In this document: positions 1-24,000 of the stretch, one piece after another
Numbering within the stretch: position 1 is the stretch's first letter
How the letters are laid out: every line of letters starts with the position of its first letter
Origin: Lingula anatina
Lineage: Eukaryota > Animalia > Brachiopoda
Assembly: GCA_051362555.1 (NCBI GenBank)
Contig: CM120640.1
Coordinates: forward strand, 70,410,788-70,474,787
Length of the DNA stretch: 64,000 bases
Reading direction: 5' to 3'
Notes under the pieces: model-generated
Databases searched by the model: none
Seen by the model: only the letters and a program-made list of their open reading frames with translations
What the model was told of the DNA's origin: nothing
Position numbers and translations under genes: made by a program

Positions 1-412
1 ACATGTAACATTTTCAACTGAAATAAACTTATCATTATTATCATAAATCCACAGAAAGCTGTCCACAGACCAGAGAAAGCCACTAGGACTCTTGGTTAGA
101 TTGTAGCACAAAGCTGAGCATAATTAATGCTTCTGTCTTTGAAAACAGAGAGAAAACAGCAAATTTATAGCAGGAAATGGTATATATCCATTAAATGGAC
201 CTCTTCAGTGATATTTGACATGCACTGTACATTGGGCTAGTAGGTGAGAGAGAGAGCTACACCTGGATACACAGGTGTGGTGAAGGTGGTAACACAGAGA
301 CACATTTTTTTATTTTCTTTTCCATGTGAAATAAAATTGCTGTGATTGAATTTCAATTAAAATATTATCTAAAACTGTAGAAGATGCAAAAACTGAATAA
401 ATCTGAAATACA

Positions 413-413
413 A

Positions 414-484
<71 letters not shown>

Positions 485-485
485 A
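413..485. repeat. (AAAT)n microsatellite
   Basis: Uninterrupted AATA/AAAT run. It explains the spurious YLFI ORF at 310-492. Confidence 0.95.
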
Positions 486-641
486 TTATCAAGAAATATT
501 GCTCTGCATGCCCATATATTTAGTCTTCATTTTTTATTTTCATTCATGGACAAATCCCAGACAGAAAAAAAGGCAAATGGTCAAAAGTTTAATTCCCTTT
601 TGTTTGACCCTTCACTATGCACTGATGCTACCAACTTTGTA

Positions 642-785
642 TTCCTTAAATCAGAATAATAAATATCTAAAAGCAAAAGAAAAAATTCTGTGCTTTAATT
701 TCATAACTGAAATATTTTTAACTCGATGTTTTGTAAATTTCTACCTACTTTTAGATTGGAGTGATAGAATTCAACTACTTTCTGT
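642..785 (+). repeat. Dispersed repeat, copy 1 (diverged copy at ~5601-5735)
   Basis: Shared blocks taaatcagaataataaatat, actgaaatattttt, ttttgtaaatttctacct and ttggagtgatagaattcaactactttctgt occur in the same order at both loci. Confidence 0.8.
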
Positions 786-1212
786 ATGCACTGCAGGGAT
801 AGTAATTTTTACATGGCTGCCCCAGCCCCACTTTTTTTTTTCAAATTGGTACATTTGGACACATTGTAGAAGAGTATCTAGGATAGGTTCACTTTGCCCT
901 TGGAAAAATAAAAGGATCATGACTTGATAAGTTAAACTGAAAAAACAGAATACTTTCATGTACTGCAGCATTTTTCTCGTTTAAGGGTGATTTCCCCCGA
1001 CACAGAGAACAGGATGTTTAAGATTCTGGCTTTATCTGTCTTTGACACTACTTACTGTAGAGTGACAGGAATAAACCAAAGACATAGATAGATGATTCAT
1101 GCATAACAAAAACCTTCCATAAACTGAGATGAAATTATGAAATTCAGATGGGATGGGATGGGGTGCGGGTGAAGGGGGTTGATGTCAAAGTACCTGTTGA
1201 TCCCATCACCAT

Positions 1213-2207
1213 GAGAGTCTGGCCAAGGAGACAGTGATGGAGTCTTCAGGGCAGTGTCTAGCCAGGGAAACAGTGAGGGAGTCTCCGGGCAGGGTCTGGC
1301 CATGGAAACAGTGAGGGAGTCTCTGGGGCAGGGTCTAGCCATGGAAACAGTGAGGGGGTCTCTGGGGCTAGGTCTAGCCATGGAAACAGTGAGGGAGCCT
1401 CTGGGGCTAGGTCTAGCCATGGAAACAGTGAGGGAGTCTCTGGGGCAGGGTCTAGCCATGGAAACAGTGAGGGAGTCTCTGGGGCAGGGTCTAGCCATGG
1501 AAACAGTGAGGGAGTCATTGGGGCAGAGTCTGGCCATGGAAACAGTGAGGGAGTCTCTGGGGCAGGGTCTAGCCATGGAAACAGTGAGGGAATCTCTGGG
1601 GCAGGGTCTAGCCAAGGAGACAGTGAGGGAGTCTCTGGGGCAGGGTCTGGCCAAGGAGACAGTGAGGGAGTCTCTGGGGCAGGGTCTGGCCATGGAAACA
1701 GTGAGGGAGTCTCCGGGGCAGGGCTTGGCCAAGAAGACAGTGAGGTAGTCACTGGGGCAGGGCTTGGCCAAGGAGACAGTGAGGGAGTCTCTGGGTTAGG
1801 GCTTGGCCAAGGAGACAGTGAGGGAGTCTCTGAGGCAGGGTCTGGCCATGGAGACAGTGAGGGAGTCTCCGGGGCAGGGCTTGGCCAAGAAGACAGTGAG
1901 GGAGTCTCTGGGGCAGGGTCTAGCCATGGAGACAGTGAGGGAGTCTCTGGGGCAGGGTCTGGCCATGGAAACAGTGAGGGAGTCTCCGGGGCAGGGCTTG
2001 GCCAAGGAGACAGTGAGGGAGTCTCTGAGGCAGGGTCTGGCCATGGAGACAGTGAGGGAGTCTCCGGGGCAGGGCTTGGCCAAGAAGACAGTGAGGGAGT
2101 CTCTGGGGCAGGGTCTAGCCATGGAGACAGTGAGGGAGTCTCTGGGGCAGGGTCTGGCCATGGAAACAGTGAGGGAGTCTCTGGGGCAGGGCTTGGACAA
2201 GGAGACG
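1213..2207. repeat. 39-bp minisatellite, ~25 copies
   Basis: Unit GCCATGGAAACAGTGAGGGAGTCTCTGGGGCAGGGTCTA. The 13-aa periodic ORFs on both strands are products of the repeat. Confidence 0.95.
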
Positions 2208-5200
2208 GCAGGCCTGCATAGACACTAGACATAAGTCATCTTCCCAGCTGTGAAATGCTTTTTTCTGTGTACTGTTTAACTTTTAGATACACTTGGCTTG
2301 ATTAAAACTTATATCTGAAACTTGTATGTGAAAGTCACAAAACGCAGTTGCAAGAAAAATCATTCAATGAGTGGTTTACCTTTACCACAAATTCATTTCT
2401 CTTATACTCATTTCAATTTGCATTTTCAGCCTTCACTGGTCTAAGCCTGAGAAAGTATGCCTGTGCTATAAACAGAAACAGCCTGTGGTTGGTTAGTTGT
2501 AGAGTTCATTCACAAAGTTTCTCCACTGACACCTGATCCCACACCAGTGACAGAGCAGATAAGACCCAACACAGCATCTTATACTAACACACTTCACACT
2601 TAGTAATTAATGTATACAGCAACACTGTGTAACAAACACAGCCTCCACATACTATCAATGACCCTCAATGTCACCCTATTCTTTTCCTAGAGGCAGAAGA
2701 CAGTGGAAGAAGTTAGGTAACCCTGCTTACATGTATCCATCACAGTTGCCAACACAGAGACAGTAAAATAAAATAAACAGCCACTGATGAGAAAAAAATG
2801 AAGGGCTACTTAAGAGGACAGGAAGTAACCCATGAAGATAAATAACACCTGAGGAGACTACACTATTCTCCTAGTCTGAGACCAGCAGCTCAGCCGGGGC
2901 TGACATGACTAAGCAGACCAGGACATAAGGTAGCTGTACTCATGTGACAACCAATCTAAAAAACATCACATGGGAAAATTATAAAATAATCAAAAACCAG
3001 GGACAGTTTAAGAGCTTCTGTTAAGAACTCTCTGTTTCACATTTTTTCAAAGGGCTAAACATGTGAAATAAATATATAAGGATAACTCCTGTTTTGTTGA
3101 TTTTTGTCCTGAAAAATTTCCTTATACATATCATTTCAATTTTAAAAGTCTCGGTTTACATGCAAAAGCAAAATGCATTCAGATATTAAAATCCAGTTCT
3201 ATTGCATAAGTAAGAAACATTTCAGCCACTGGGCAAGAAGACCTATATAAGCATATATATTTGATATATGACAAAGCTTGACACAAGTGTCATATGAAGT
3301 CTTAGTGGTTTGTTCTTTATCTCTGCCCCACATATGGTGACCATTTGACTGGACTTCAGGACATGCTATCAAATATGAGATGAGGGACTGACCACTGGTG
3401 ATTATTTCCCCCTTCTCTTCCACTTCCGCAGGTATCATTACCCGCCCGGAATGTGAAAGACTTCTTTTATTATCTCCTGTTGCTTTTTAACCTATTTCTT
3501 GGGTGATGAGTGAAGAAGTGCAAAATGGGATCCTTTTTATCCCTGCCTGGCTCAAAGCTGCACCTCATGCCCCCAGAACGCTGGCTGGCAGTGCATGTGT
3601 GGCTACTCATTCTCCTGTGGCCTGTCTACAATAGATCAAATCAAAACTGGAATGCATATCAAGTCAATGTGTTTTTAACCGTCTAATATGCTGGCGGCTT
3701 TCTAAAGGAAATCAGCATGGAAACTGTGCTGGCCACAGAGGGCAGCACTGGACAGGGGTCAGTTAACAACTCAGCTGCCCACCTACAATGTGCTGGGGGT
3801 CTTTATAAAGTCAGCTTTCCTGAATTAAGTTACCACTGTCTTATTATGTGTACATTATCTCTTCATTTTTCAAAAAGATTTTTTAAAAAATAAATATATA
3901 TCTCTGGAAATCAAAAATACCTTTTTCAAGTGTATCTTATTCATGTATATCTTTTCATTTTAAAAAGTTAATAGACTTTCTATCAAGCATCTATTCAAAA
4001 TAAAAAAGATTCCCATGTCAAACAGACAAACAAAAAATGAAAGATAGTCATGTATGAAAGCATGATAACTAGAGATAAATAAAGCTATGAGCTAGAAGCA
4101 CACTACGTGTTTGTTGATTAATGACTTCATTAAATGCATGGGTACATATAAACTACAGCCTCAGAAAAAAAAAATAGAGCAGTGCGCCTTTTGATTTGTT
4201 TGAAATTCCTAAATATTGATAAATAGGACCCCTGACTTCCCTGTTCCTGAAAGTAAGGGGCGGTTCAACACAGTATTACAAATAACTTGTGTCCACATTA
4301 TAAACATCAAGACAGGTTACTTTCTGTATAATAACACACATTATATGCTGCTGACATCCGTACTGAAGAATGTATTATATGCCATCAAGAATACATTAGA
4401 TATTCTAACACACATTATTTGTGATATTGTGGTAATACATTATCTGGTATTCTTACCACAACCTAATCCAAGCCTCAGGGAGTTACATAAATAATCTCAA
4501 TGGATAATACTGGATTGATGCACCCATACACAGGTTTTTCATGTTTAAAGTGGACAAAACTAAACAAGAGTGAAGCGTTAAAAAGAAATCTTAAAATCAA
4601 TTTCAACAAATTAAGTGCCTTGAACTCACAATGTTTAGAACAATAGAAATAACGAGGGAGCTAACATTATGCAAAAACAAGAACCTGTAACATCTACTTG
4701 AACTGCAAATGACAGACAAATTACAGGTTGTTTTCATGCCTTCCCTGCAGTGAGAGGCCGAGCAGTTAATGAATACCTACTGTCCACTAATGAGGGAAAG
4801 TTTTCAAGGTAAACTAAGCCTGGCATATCTTATATAACCTTACAGTTATCAAAGGGAGTCCATCACTAGGTACTATAGTTATTATCACAGTACAGCCCTT
4901 TCATTTCATGACCCCTACTCTCAATACATTCTTGTCTTTCATTCCAGTGCACATTACATGAAGGCATCAGTAAACACAGCACCTTCCCTGTATGTACCTC
5001 AAATATGTTATCTTTTTGTTTTAAAGCATTCACTAGACAATTAACATCTAAATAAAGATACAAAGGAATGGGACATTACTGCACTGATATGTGGGTTAGA
5101 ATGCCAACCAAGGTGCCCTGCCTTGGTTTTTTTTTATTTTCAATGAAATTACTTTTTTGTGTGTCTACCTTTTTATGAATGGCATTCCATGTGGGTAAAC

Positions 5201-5600
5201 TGCATGCAATTTAAAATGGTTGCCCAGTGATAGATCACCAGTCTAGGCTATTCTTCCTTTTCATCACTTCTTCTATTCACTTCTTATTCTTCCGCTCATT
5301 CACACAAAGGAAAAAGAAACTGGGAGTATGTTGTGGGAGTTCTGCAGAGGAGGTGGAAAACTTGTTACAGTGTTTTTTTTTCTGTTTGTTGTCGAAAGAA
5401 AATTGGATAGATAAACACATGTATTTTATTATTATTATTTATTTTTTTTTGCATTAGGAAGGAAACAAAATTATGAAATTTATTAAACAAATAATTTTAA
5501 ATGATATTCATTTTTAAATATCTTTAAATATTTAAGAAATGTATCCTATATATTTTTTTTAAAATTCTATTCAACTCACCTAATAGAACTTGGTCATCCC

Positions 5601-5735
5601 TTCCCTAAATCAGAATAATAAATATAAAAAAAAGATGCTGTGGCTCTATTTTTTTACTGAAATATTTTTTCTTCAATATTTTGTAAATTTCTACCTGCTT
5701 TCATTTTGGAGTGATAGAATTCAACTACTTTCTGT
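5601..5735 (+). repeat. Dispersed repeat, copy 2 (similar to 642-785)
   Basis: Same conserved blocks as 642-785. Confidence 0.8.
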
Positions 5736-7135
5736 TCTCTTCATTTTGTAACACTAGTAAATTTGCATGCAGGAACTCCTCGAAGAAGAACAATAAGTCA
5801 CACATTATAAAAAATGCAAAAAAAAACAATGAATACCATCGCAGTTCAAAATTACTTAAGTTTCTTCCTGGTTTCTCTTTACTAAGCCACATTTATCTTT
5901 CAGCTAATCTTTTCCCTAAAATACTTGAATGAAGACTGGGTTTCAGTCACATGTCTCACCACATCCTGGAAACCCAACATTCTCCAATTATACTCCTCAA
6001 TTTTCCCATGCTCTCCCCCCCCCCCCCCCCCCAAACTCCCTTGTACAGCTATAAAAAATAAAAGCACTGGTCTTATTTACATCGGCTATATTGGCAGTCA
6101 CACACCCTGCCCACACCAACCCCACTACTCCATACAGCAGTAAAAACATTCCACACAAGCAAATATGTAAATATGGCCAAGAGAAGGCAGAGAGAGAGAG
6201 AGAGAGAGAATACAAAGGAAATAAGAGATATGGATGTCTTCAAATGCAGTTTTATAATAAAATTCCTCCTAGCAAACTACAAGCATTCCTTCTCTGGTGT
6301 CAGATATTGTGCAATGTTCTAAAGAATGAATGACAATTGAGAAAATATGCAATTCACTATAAAAAAATGTCATGTGGGAGGCAGTGAGTGTACTCTATCC
6401 ACCCACTTCTAGCACATGATGCTGCCCCAACCCAAGGGTGTTTTGAATTGCACCTATTAAACAAACATTACCATATTATTGAGATTACCTTAATGCAGAG
6501 GAGCAAAGTAATGCAAGCTATTAAGTAAATCATTCTATTATTACAGCGTTCACAAGTCACATGGCTGCCGCCGCTCTTGTGACATTATTTTCATCCCACA
6601 TTATGCTATATATACTTCTTAATCTTAAGTGCCTTCAAAAACACTCGGAGTGTCTTGAAATAGTTTGAGAAACATAAATTAGTCTCTCACCCTGAGACAT
6701 TAACATTGATGGATATGTACGATATATTAATAACTAACATGCATATCTATGAATATAGTTTTTACTCTGATCATTTCAGAGTTGATAGCCTCCCACTCTT
6801 TTCTTCTATTACTATTCATTCTCCAGCAGGTTCTCACTGATAACACACATACTGCCAATGACTCAGGTGACTATGACAGGATTTTTTTACATATTCCTTT
6901 TTTGCATCAAATTTCTTCCAACACATACATGTGGCTGCCTACATGAAAATTCCAGTCTTTCTTGTTAACAGATTCAACTTTTAAAAACAGAACATTCTTT
7001 TGTACCAAGTCCAACAGCTCATTTCTCAGTTGCCATAACAATCACAATTTTTTTCCGCAACATAAATAAAATAAACAAATAAATCTATAATTAATTCTCC
7101 ATCCTAACAAAACTTAGGTACAAAGTTTTTGTGCA

Positions 7136-18143
<11,008 letters not shown>

Positions 18144-19128
18144 TTTGCACTTAAAATTGAAAAGGCGTGCAGGGCAATGTAAGCGGTTGTTCACCCCTCC
18201 CCCCCCCCCCCCCCCCCCCCCCCCAATGTGGAAATCTGTGGGTTACAATTCCTCTTGGTTATTATTGTCCAATAATGCTCTCTCCCCTCCCTGTTCTTAT
18301 GTACATATACTTTTCAGTTTTCTGCCTTATGGTGTAATTTTCACCATAGTTTTCAGTCTTTTTTACAACTGATACTTATCAATGTACATGAATTTCTATC
18401 AATTTCTGCCCAGAGCTTGTCTTTAGTCACTTTCTATCACAAAGCACCCACACATTATACATTTCAAAAGTTCCGGTTCAAAAGGCGTTTTGCTGATTTT
18501 TCTTTTACTTAAATATACTTTGTAACCATACTTCCCATCCATAGTAGTGTTATTGGTTTAATAATTAGTTTGGATGAAGGGCTAAAAATTTTCACAGATT
18601 TTTACAAAGTTATCGGAATGTGGGAGATTATCGACCATTTGCTTCTGTTGGTAAATGTAAATCCCAAAGAAGATTCAAATGGTTACACACACTAAACTGA
18701 AGAAGACTGGATATCCAATGCCAAGAGAAGCGTATTAAATGATGTTTGCGGTTTGTTTCTACACTTGGCAAAATAACATTATCGACGCAGTGAGAGCATA
18801 AAATAGAGTATTAGAGGTGACAAACACAAAATGTACTGTTATCATACGCTGATTATTGTCATCATGTATCTGCGCTTTGGGTGTCGAATGCTTTTAGCAT
18901 TCAGGTGATACGATTTCCAGAAAATACAACTAAGCACGCTCACTATCAAGTAAAACATTTGCTGCAGAAATCTTATTATGCAAATTTAGATTGGGCGCGG
19001 GGCTGCTTTTGAAATGCAAGTCCGCAAAATACAGTGATCAGTGCACTACAATTTAAAATTATTCGACAAAACAATTACAACAAGTCAATTGTTCCAGAAT
19101 TGTTAGGATTTCGAGTAAACGCACTTAC

Positions 19129-19200
19129 TTTTTGACTTAATTTTTATCAATTTCAATTCAGTTGATAACTTACCAGTTACTCCGGAATATGGCGGACTCC
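19129..19200 (-). promoter_or_regulatory. Probable 5' non-coding exon/promoter of the zinc-finger gene, with YY1-type motif
   Basis: Minus-strand GTAAGT donors after 19174 and 19129. CCGCCATATT (YY1 consensus CCGCCATNTT) at 19186-19195. Locally CpG-retaining. The first coding exon has an acceptor at 18149. Confidence 0.55.
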
Positions 19201-19419
19201 CTCTACCCACAATCCATTTGTACTGAACACAATCTGTTGGAACAACTATAGCAATGACACCAAGCTTCACGAAAAGAATGTGACAGCATTGAAAAGACCA
19301 GATTCAGACTAACATGGAGGGTGCCAATATAATACATGTATTTACTGCATTATGTTCCTACACATTTTACTAATTTTCCTACAAAAATTGAGTACATCTC
19401 GGATTTTCATATTGCTAAT

Positions 19420-19749
19420 GCAGGGTGTCACCCCCCATTTAGTTCCTGAAAAAAACAACAAAAAACAACAGAATTTTGACTAGCTGAATTAAAGTTCTAA
19501 ACCCAATCGAATGGCACCACACGCCCTCCAAAATAAGAATTTTTATTTATTATAATTTATTTATTTACTTATTTATTTATGTATTTATTTATTTGGGGTG
19601 GGGCGTGGGGGTGGGCTTCAGCGGTCCTTGAATCCCATGCCAAAGGGGGGGGGGGGGGGGGGGGCGAGAGTCAGCTTCACGTCTGAGGGCTGTGATTAAA
19701 AAAAAAAAAAAAAAACGCCCCCTTTTAAATAATTCTGGATTCGCCCCTG
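19420..19749. mobile_element. Degenerate CAGGGGCG-type MITE, reverse relative of 49081-49341
   Basis: Ends in ctggattcgcccctg. Internal ttttgactagctgaatt...ttctaaacc...atggcacc...cgccctc is the reverse complement of the core at ~49205-49265. Confidence 0.55.
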
Positions 19750-21038
19750 ACTAATATTTTTTTAATTGTCGACATATTTCACAAAGTGCTAAGGAAAACA
19801 TACAAAGTCATGTAAGTAAAAATATTACATTCTCTGACCTATACATCTTGGCCTATTTTGGCTGTGCTGCAAGTGAAAAGAGGAGACCGATTATTTATTT
19901 CCTGATTTACAAACAAAATCTTTGCCAAAATTCAATATGGCAAACAGTGATAGGCCATAAATGTATTCCAACACAAAGTAAGATAACCTTGAGAGTTTTT
20001 TTTTATGGGTTTATTCACTCAAAGAAAAAAAATAAACATGTATAATTAAATATTTATACAGATAATCAAAGATTAAAAGCATGTAATACTGATGATAATT
20101 AAGGTAATTAAATACTGATAAATAAAAAAGAACATAAATATATAGAAATACTTTCACTCACTCGTCCAACCTTGAGAGTTTTGAATCTAAACTATTTTGT
20201 TTGGATTTAGTTTACCTTAAATTTTTGTCATGACTTGGTAATTAACTGTACAAATAAAAGAAAAAATGATTTTACTATTAAAGATAAAATGTGGATACCC
20301 CCAGCTTACATTAGGAATCAGACATAAATTTGTAAAATGTGTCAAAATTATGGAAAGAGCAACCATGTTGTTTTGAAAATGTTAGCATATGTCATGATTT
20401 TAAAATACCAATTATCTGGAAAAACCAAAATTGTGAATGTGATTGCATTTTTAGGGCTGCATTTTTAACACTTTTATTGTTTTTATTCACTATTTTCTTT
20501 TTACTATTTTTATCTTGTTTATTATGAAATATTCTTTTAATTGAAATCATCAAAAAAAAAAAAAAGCTCAACAAAGCTTATAATTTATATTTTATTGTTG
20601 TGATATAAAAATTACTTTTCATACCACAGGTAGACTCCAATTTACACCGTACTTAATTACATAATCATCGCAACTAGCAAATTATTATTATTATTTTTTT
20701 TTTTTTTTCACTACATGCAAGAAAGGTAATAAAATGCACCGGTAAATAAAGTGTACTTGTGGTCTTCACCTGTTTGACTTGAAATGATAAAAGTCATAAT
20801 GAGGCTGATTTGTGGAGTGCTTCGACATTCGGTTATCTTCGGCCCTTTTCCGAGGCAAGTTTTTTCTTTTAGATAATAAATTACATTTAAGGAGTGTAAA
20901 ATGTATGCGAAAAGTTATTTTATTAAATTTTGTTTAAATATATACCTTCAATCTATACTTTTCATTTTTATTTTATTATTTTCTTCTATGAAAGTGCGAG
21001 AAAATACGTTACCTTGCGAGACAGGGACGGCCGGCAAA

Positions 21039-24000
21039 ATGGCTTCCACGAGACTGCTGGGAGCGTTTAGACATTTAACACGGGCAAATCCCTTCTTAAT
21101 TGAAGGTAACACTTCACATTTAAGATACCATTGATGCATATTAATTCGGTTCACTAATTTGCACTATTTCAATGAACCAGTGTTGTTTATTTTCACCAAA
21201 AAAATTGGGATAAAAGATACCAACTTCTTGAACTGATAAATCCTAAATTCGACTCAACTCGATTATTGTCTCCAGATTTTTTTGATCGCATATTGATCAT
21301 GTTTACTATTGTGCATATCTGTTAGTTTTGATGATTATTTGAAAGAGTTTGTAAAAAGGAAAAAGGATTTTTTCAAACCGTGTTTTTTTTAATTTGCGAG
21401 TCATTTCTCTCTCTCCCCCCCCCCCCAGTCGAAGTTGCGTGTAAATTTTTTTAAAAGTATTAAAATTAATTACCTTTTCAAAGGACACGGATTTTGTTTT
21501 CAAAATTTACCAAGACTTATTAAGAAGTTTAAGATTTTGCCAAGTTTAAATGTTTTGTTTTCATTACATTTCACAGGACTTTTAGTAGATGCTTTGATGA
21601 TGTAGTATCTGTACTTTTTTACCATACTGGTTTGACATAATGAAGAAATCCTGCTTTGATTCAACTGAACACAAAAGGGAAGGAGGTCATTTTTAAGATC
21701 CCAATGCATGTTTGTAAATGGGTAATATTGAAAATATTTTTTGAGACCTCAATTTGTGGCTTGCGCTTTATTCGCCCTAAAGTGTGTAACATTAAGTAAG
21801 GAGGATTAAATTATTGTTTGGAGTAGGGTTCATTTGATATGTAATTTGTTTTGCTTGCTTTTCAGGGAGATGCCTCCACACTACAGCAGGTCTTCATGGT
21901 AAGTTCTCTCAGAATGAAAACAAAAGATGAAAAGCCATGTGGTTTTCAATATATTTAAACATATTTGATATGGCAGTTTTAAAGCTATACATGTATATTG
22001 TTCTGTGCCATGTGGTTTTACAATGTATGAATACCGACGAAACACTGACAAAAAGGCTTGTTGCTACTAGTCTGAAGTTCTAAATAATTGCAGTGTGTGG
22101 AAACAAATCTTCAAAAATTAACAACTGTACTGAACAGGAAAAGCTTTCAAAATTAATAATTGTACTGTGAGAAATAATTGCACTGCTTGGAAAATGTTGG
22201 GAATTCCCATGTTTATTGTGAAAAAAAGTTATTGCTTTGAAAATAATTTTTTATTTTTCAACCCGAAAATAAACAGTGTTCTAAGCTGAGAAAAGCCCAT
22301 CTTACATATATCTATATTTGCAAAAAATTTAGCAGGCAACTACATAACATTTCTAAAATCTGTTGGCATATCTATTAATGAATTAACACATTAAAGGTCA
22401 TATGAACTAAGCATCTGTGGTGCGCGGAATTCCAGTAACACATTTCCAGTAACACTTCTACAAGTCGACATGCCAAGGGATAAACTGAATAATTCACTAG
22501 ATCAGCCATAAAAGATATTCAGTCTGTTCCATTCTTTAAATTTTTGGTCAGAAATTTACTTTTATGCCCCATTTATATACAGCATAGAAAGCTAGCTGAA
22601 AAATCTGTTCAAATATCATTTTTGACTTTTTAAAAATGTATACTTTTTATGGGTAATAAAGGCACACAAATAAATTGTGGCCAATTTACTGAGGTGACCC
22701 GATTTTTCAGGGCTAGCTCACAGAATTAATTGGGCCCAGCAGAACTTTATGGGTCAGCATTAACCCGTACCAATGGGGTTAAGAGCACCTATCCAAATAA
22801 CAAATGAAAATTTCATTTTAACTTATTGATTGATCAAATTGTGGCACAACTGAAGCCATATATGTTAAACCAGTAGTTAGGTTTCTAAGACGTCCGTGTG
22901 CAGCCGGTAGTGAACATTTTCAGTGTTTTGAGCAGTACATGTTTTTCAATGATCCGTACTTGTTTCAGTTTCGATATATAATTTTGTGATCAGCCCTCAC
23001 TGCTACGCGCATTTCTAGTGACATCATCATGTATGTAGGTGTTTTATTATGAAATAATAGTGGCTGCTATATGTATGCATATGTATGGCGCAGGTTAAAA
23101 TTTTACTTGCACATTTGAGAAAAAGGTACATTTTTGCGCGATTGCGAGGCTCAGGATTATCCCTAATTATTATTTTTTCTCATTTCTGAGCAGTAATACA
23201 TAGGTAGTTGTAAACAATTTAATGAAAAAATGCTGTGAACTTTTCAATTACAGGACAATACATCACATATGAGAAGAAAGGGGAAGTGGCCGTTTTGCGG
23301 ATGAATGATCCAAATAAAAAGGTATTTGGTTGACATATTGTAATTAGTTTTGATAATAGACCTTGATATCTTGTTTATTTACATAGATGCAAGATATAAT
23401 TAAAAATTAAGTTATTCTTTAACTGGAAAAAACATGATTGGCACGAAATATAGTCCAGTTGGAACATAATTTGAGTTTCTGAAATTAATTAATATTTGTA
23501 ATCTCACATATTTTCAGATTTCCTCTTTTAATCAAGCTTGTTCAAAATGCTGCATCTAACTGATTTAGATTAAGTTTGAATTTGAATTTGCTTCATTAAA
23601 AAGCTTACTGCTGTTGAGAAAAGACAGTTCAATCTGTTAGTATCAGAATTAAAGTTGATATAAACAAATAGAGCACAGTCCCCAGTGAACTATGAAGAAA
23701 AAGGCACAGGGAATGGAACCTGGGCATAGTCATTCTTGCTTGCTCAGATTTCTCATTGATTTTGAACACATGAAATTAGCTTTCATCCCATCCTTGGCCC
23801 AAATTATTCCCTGCTGAGTTACAGTAGATGTTACATTCTTTGAAGGTGAACGTTTTGAATGAGGAAGTGATGACAGAAATGAACGACTGCATGGATAGGA
23901 TAGAATATGACTGGGACATACTGGGAGCTGTACTGATTTCAGAAAAACCAAACTGCTTCATTGCAGGGGCAGACATCAAGTAAGTCCTGTTCTTCTGCTT

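Noticed and set aside
1097-2232. Five long periodic ORFs (up to 324 aa)
   Set aside because: Products of a 39-bp stop-poor minisatellite read in several frames on both strands. No splice or domain support.
3199-3460. 79-aa minus-strand ORF and a strong plus-strand acceptor-like tract ending at 3431
   Set aside because: No partner exons, donor or recognisable protein similarity.
3730-3750. CTCF-like motif GGCCACAGAGGGCAGCAC
   Set aside because: The 5' half misaligns with the consensus. A single motif without supporting data.
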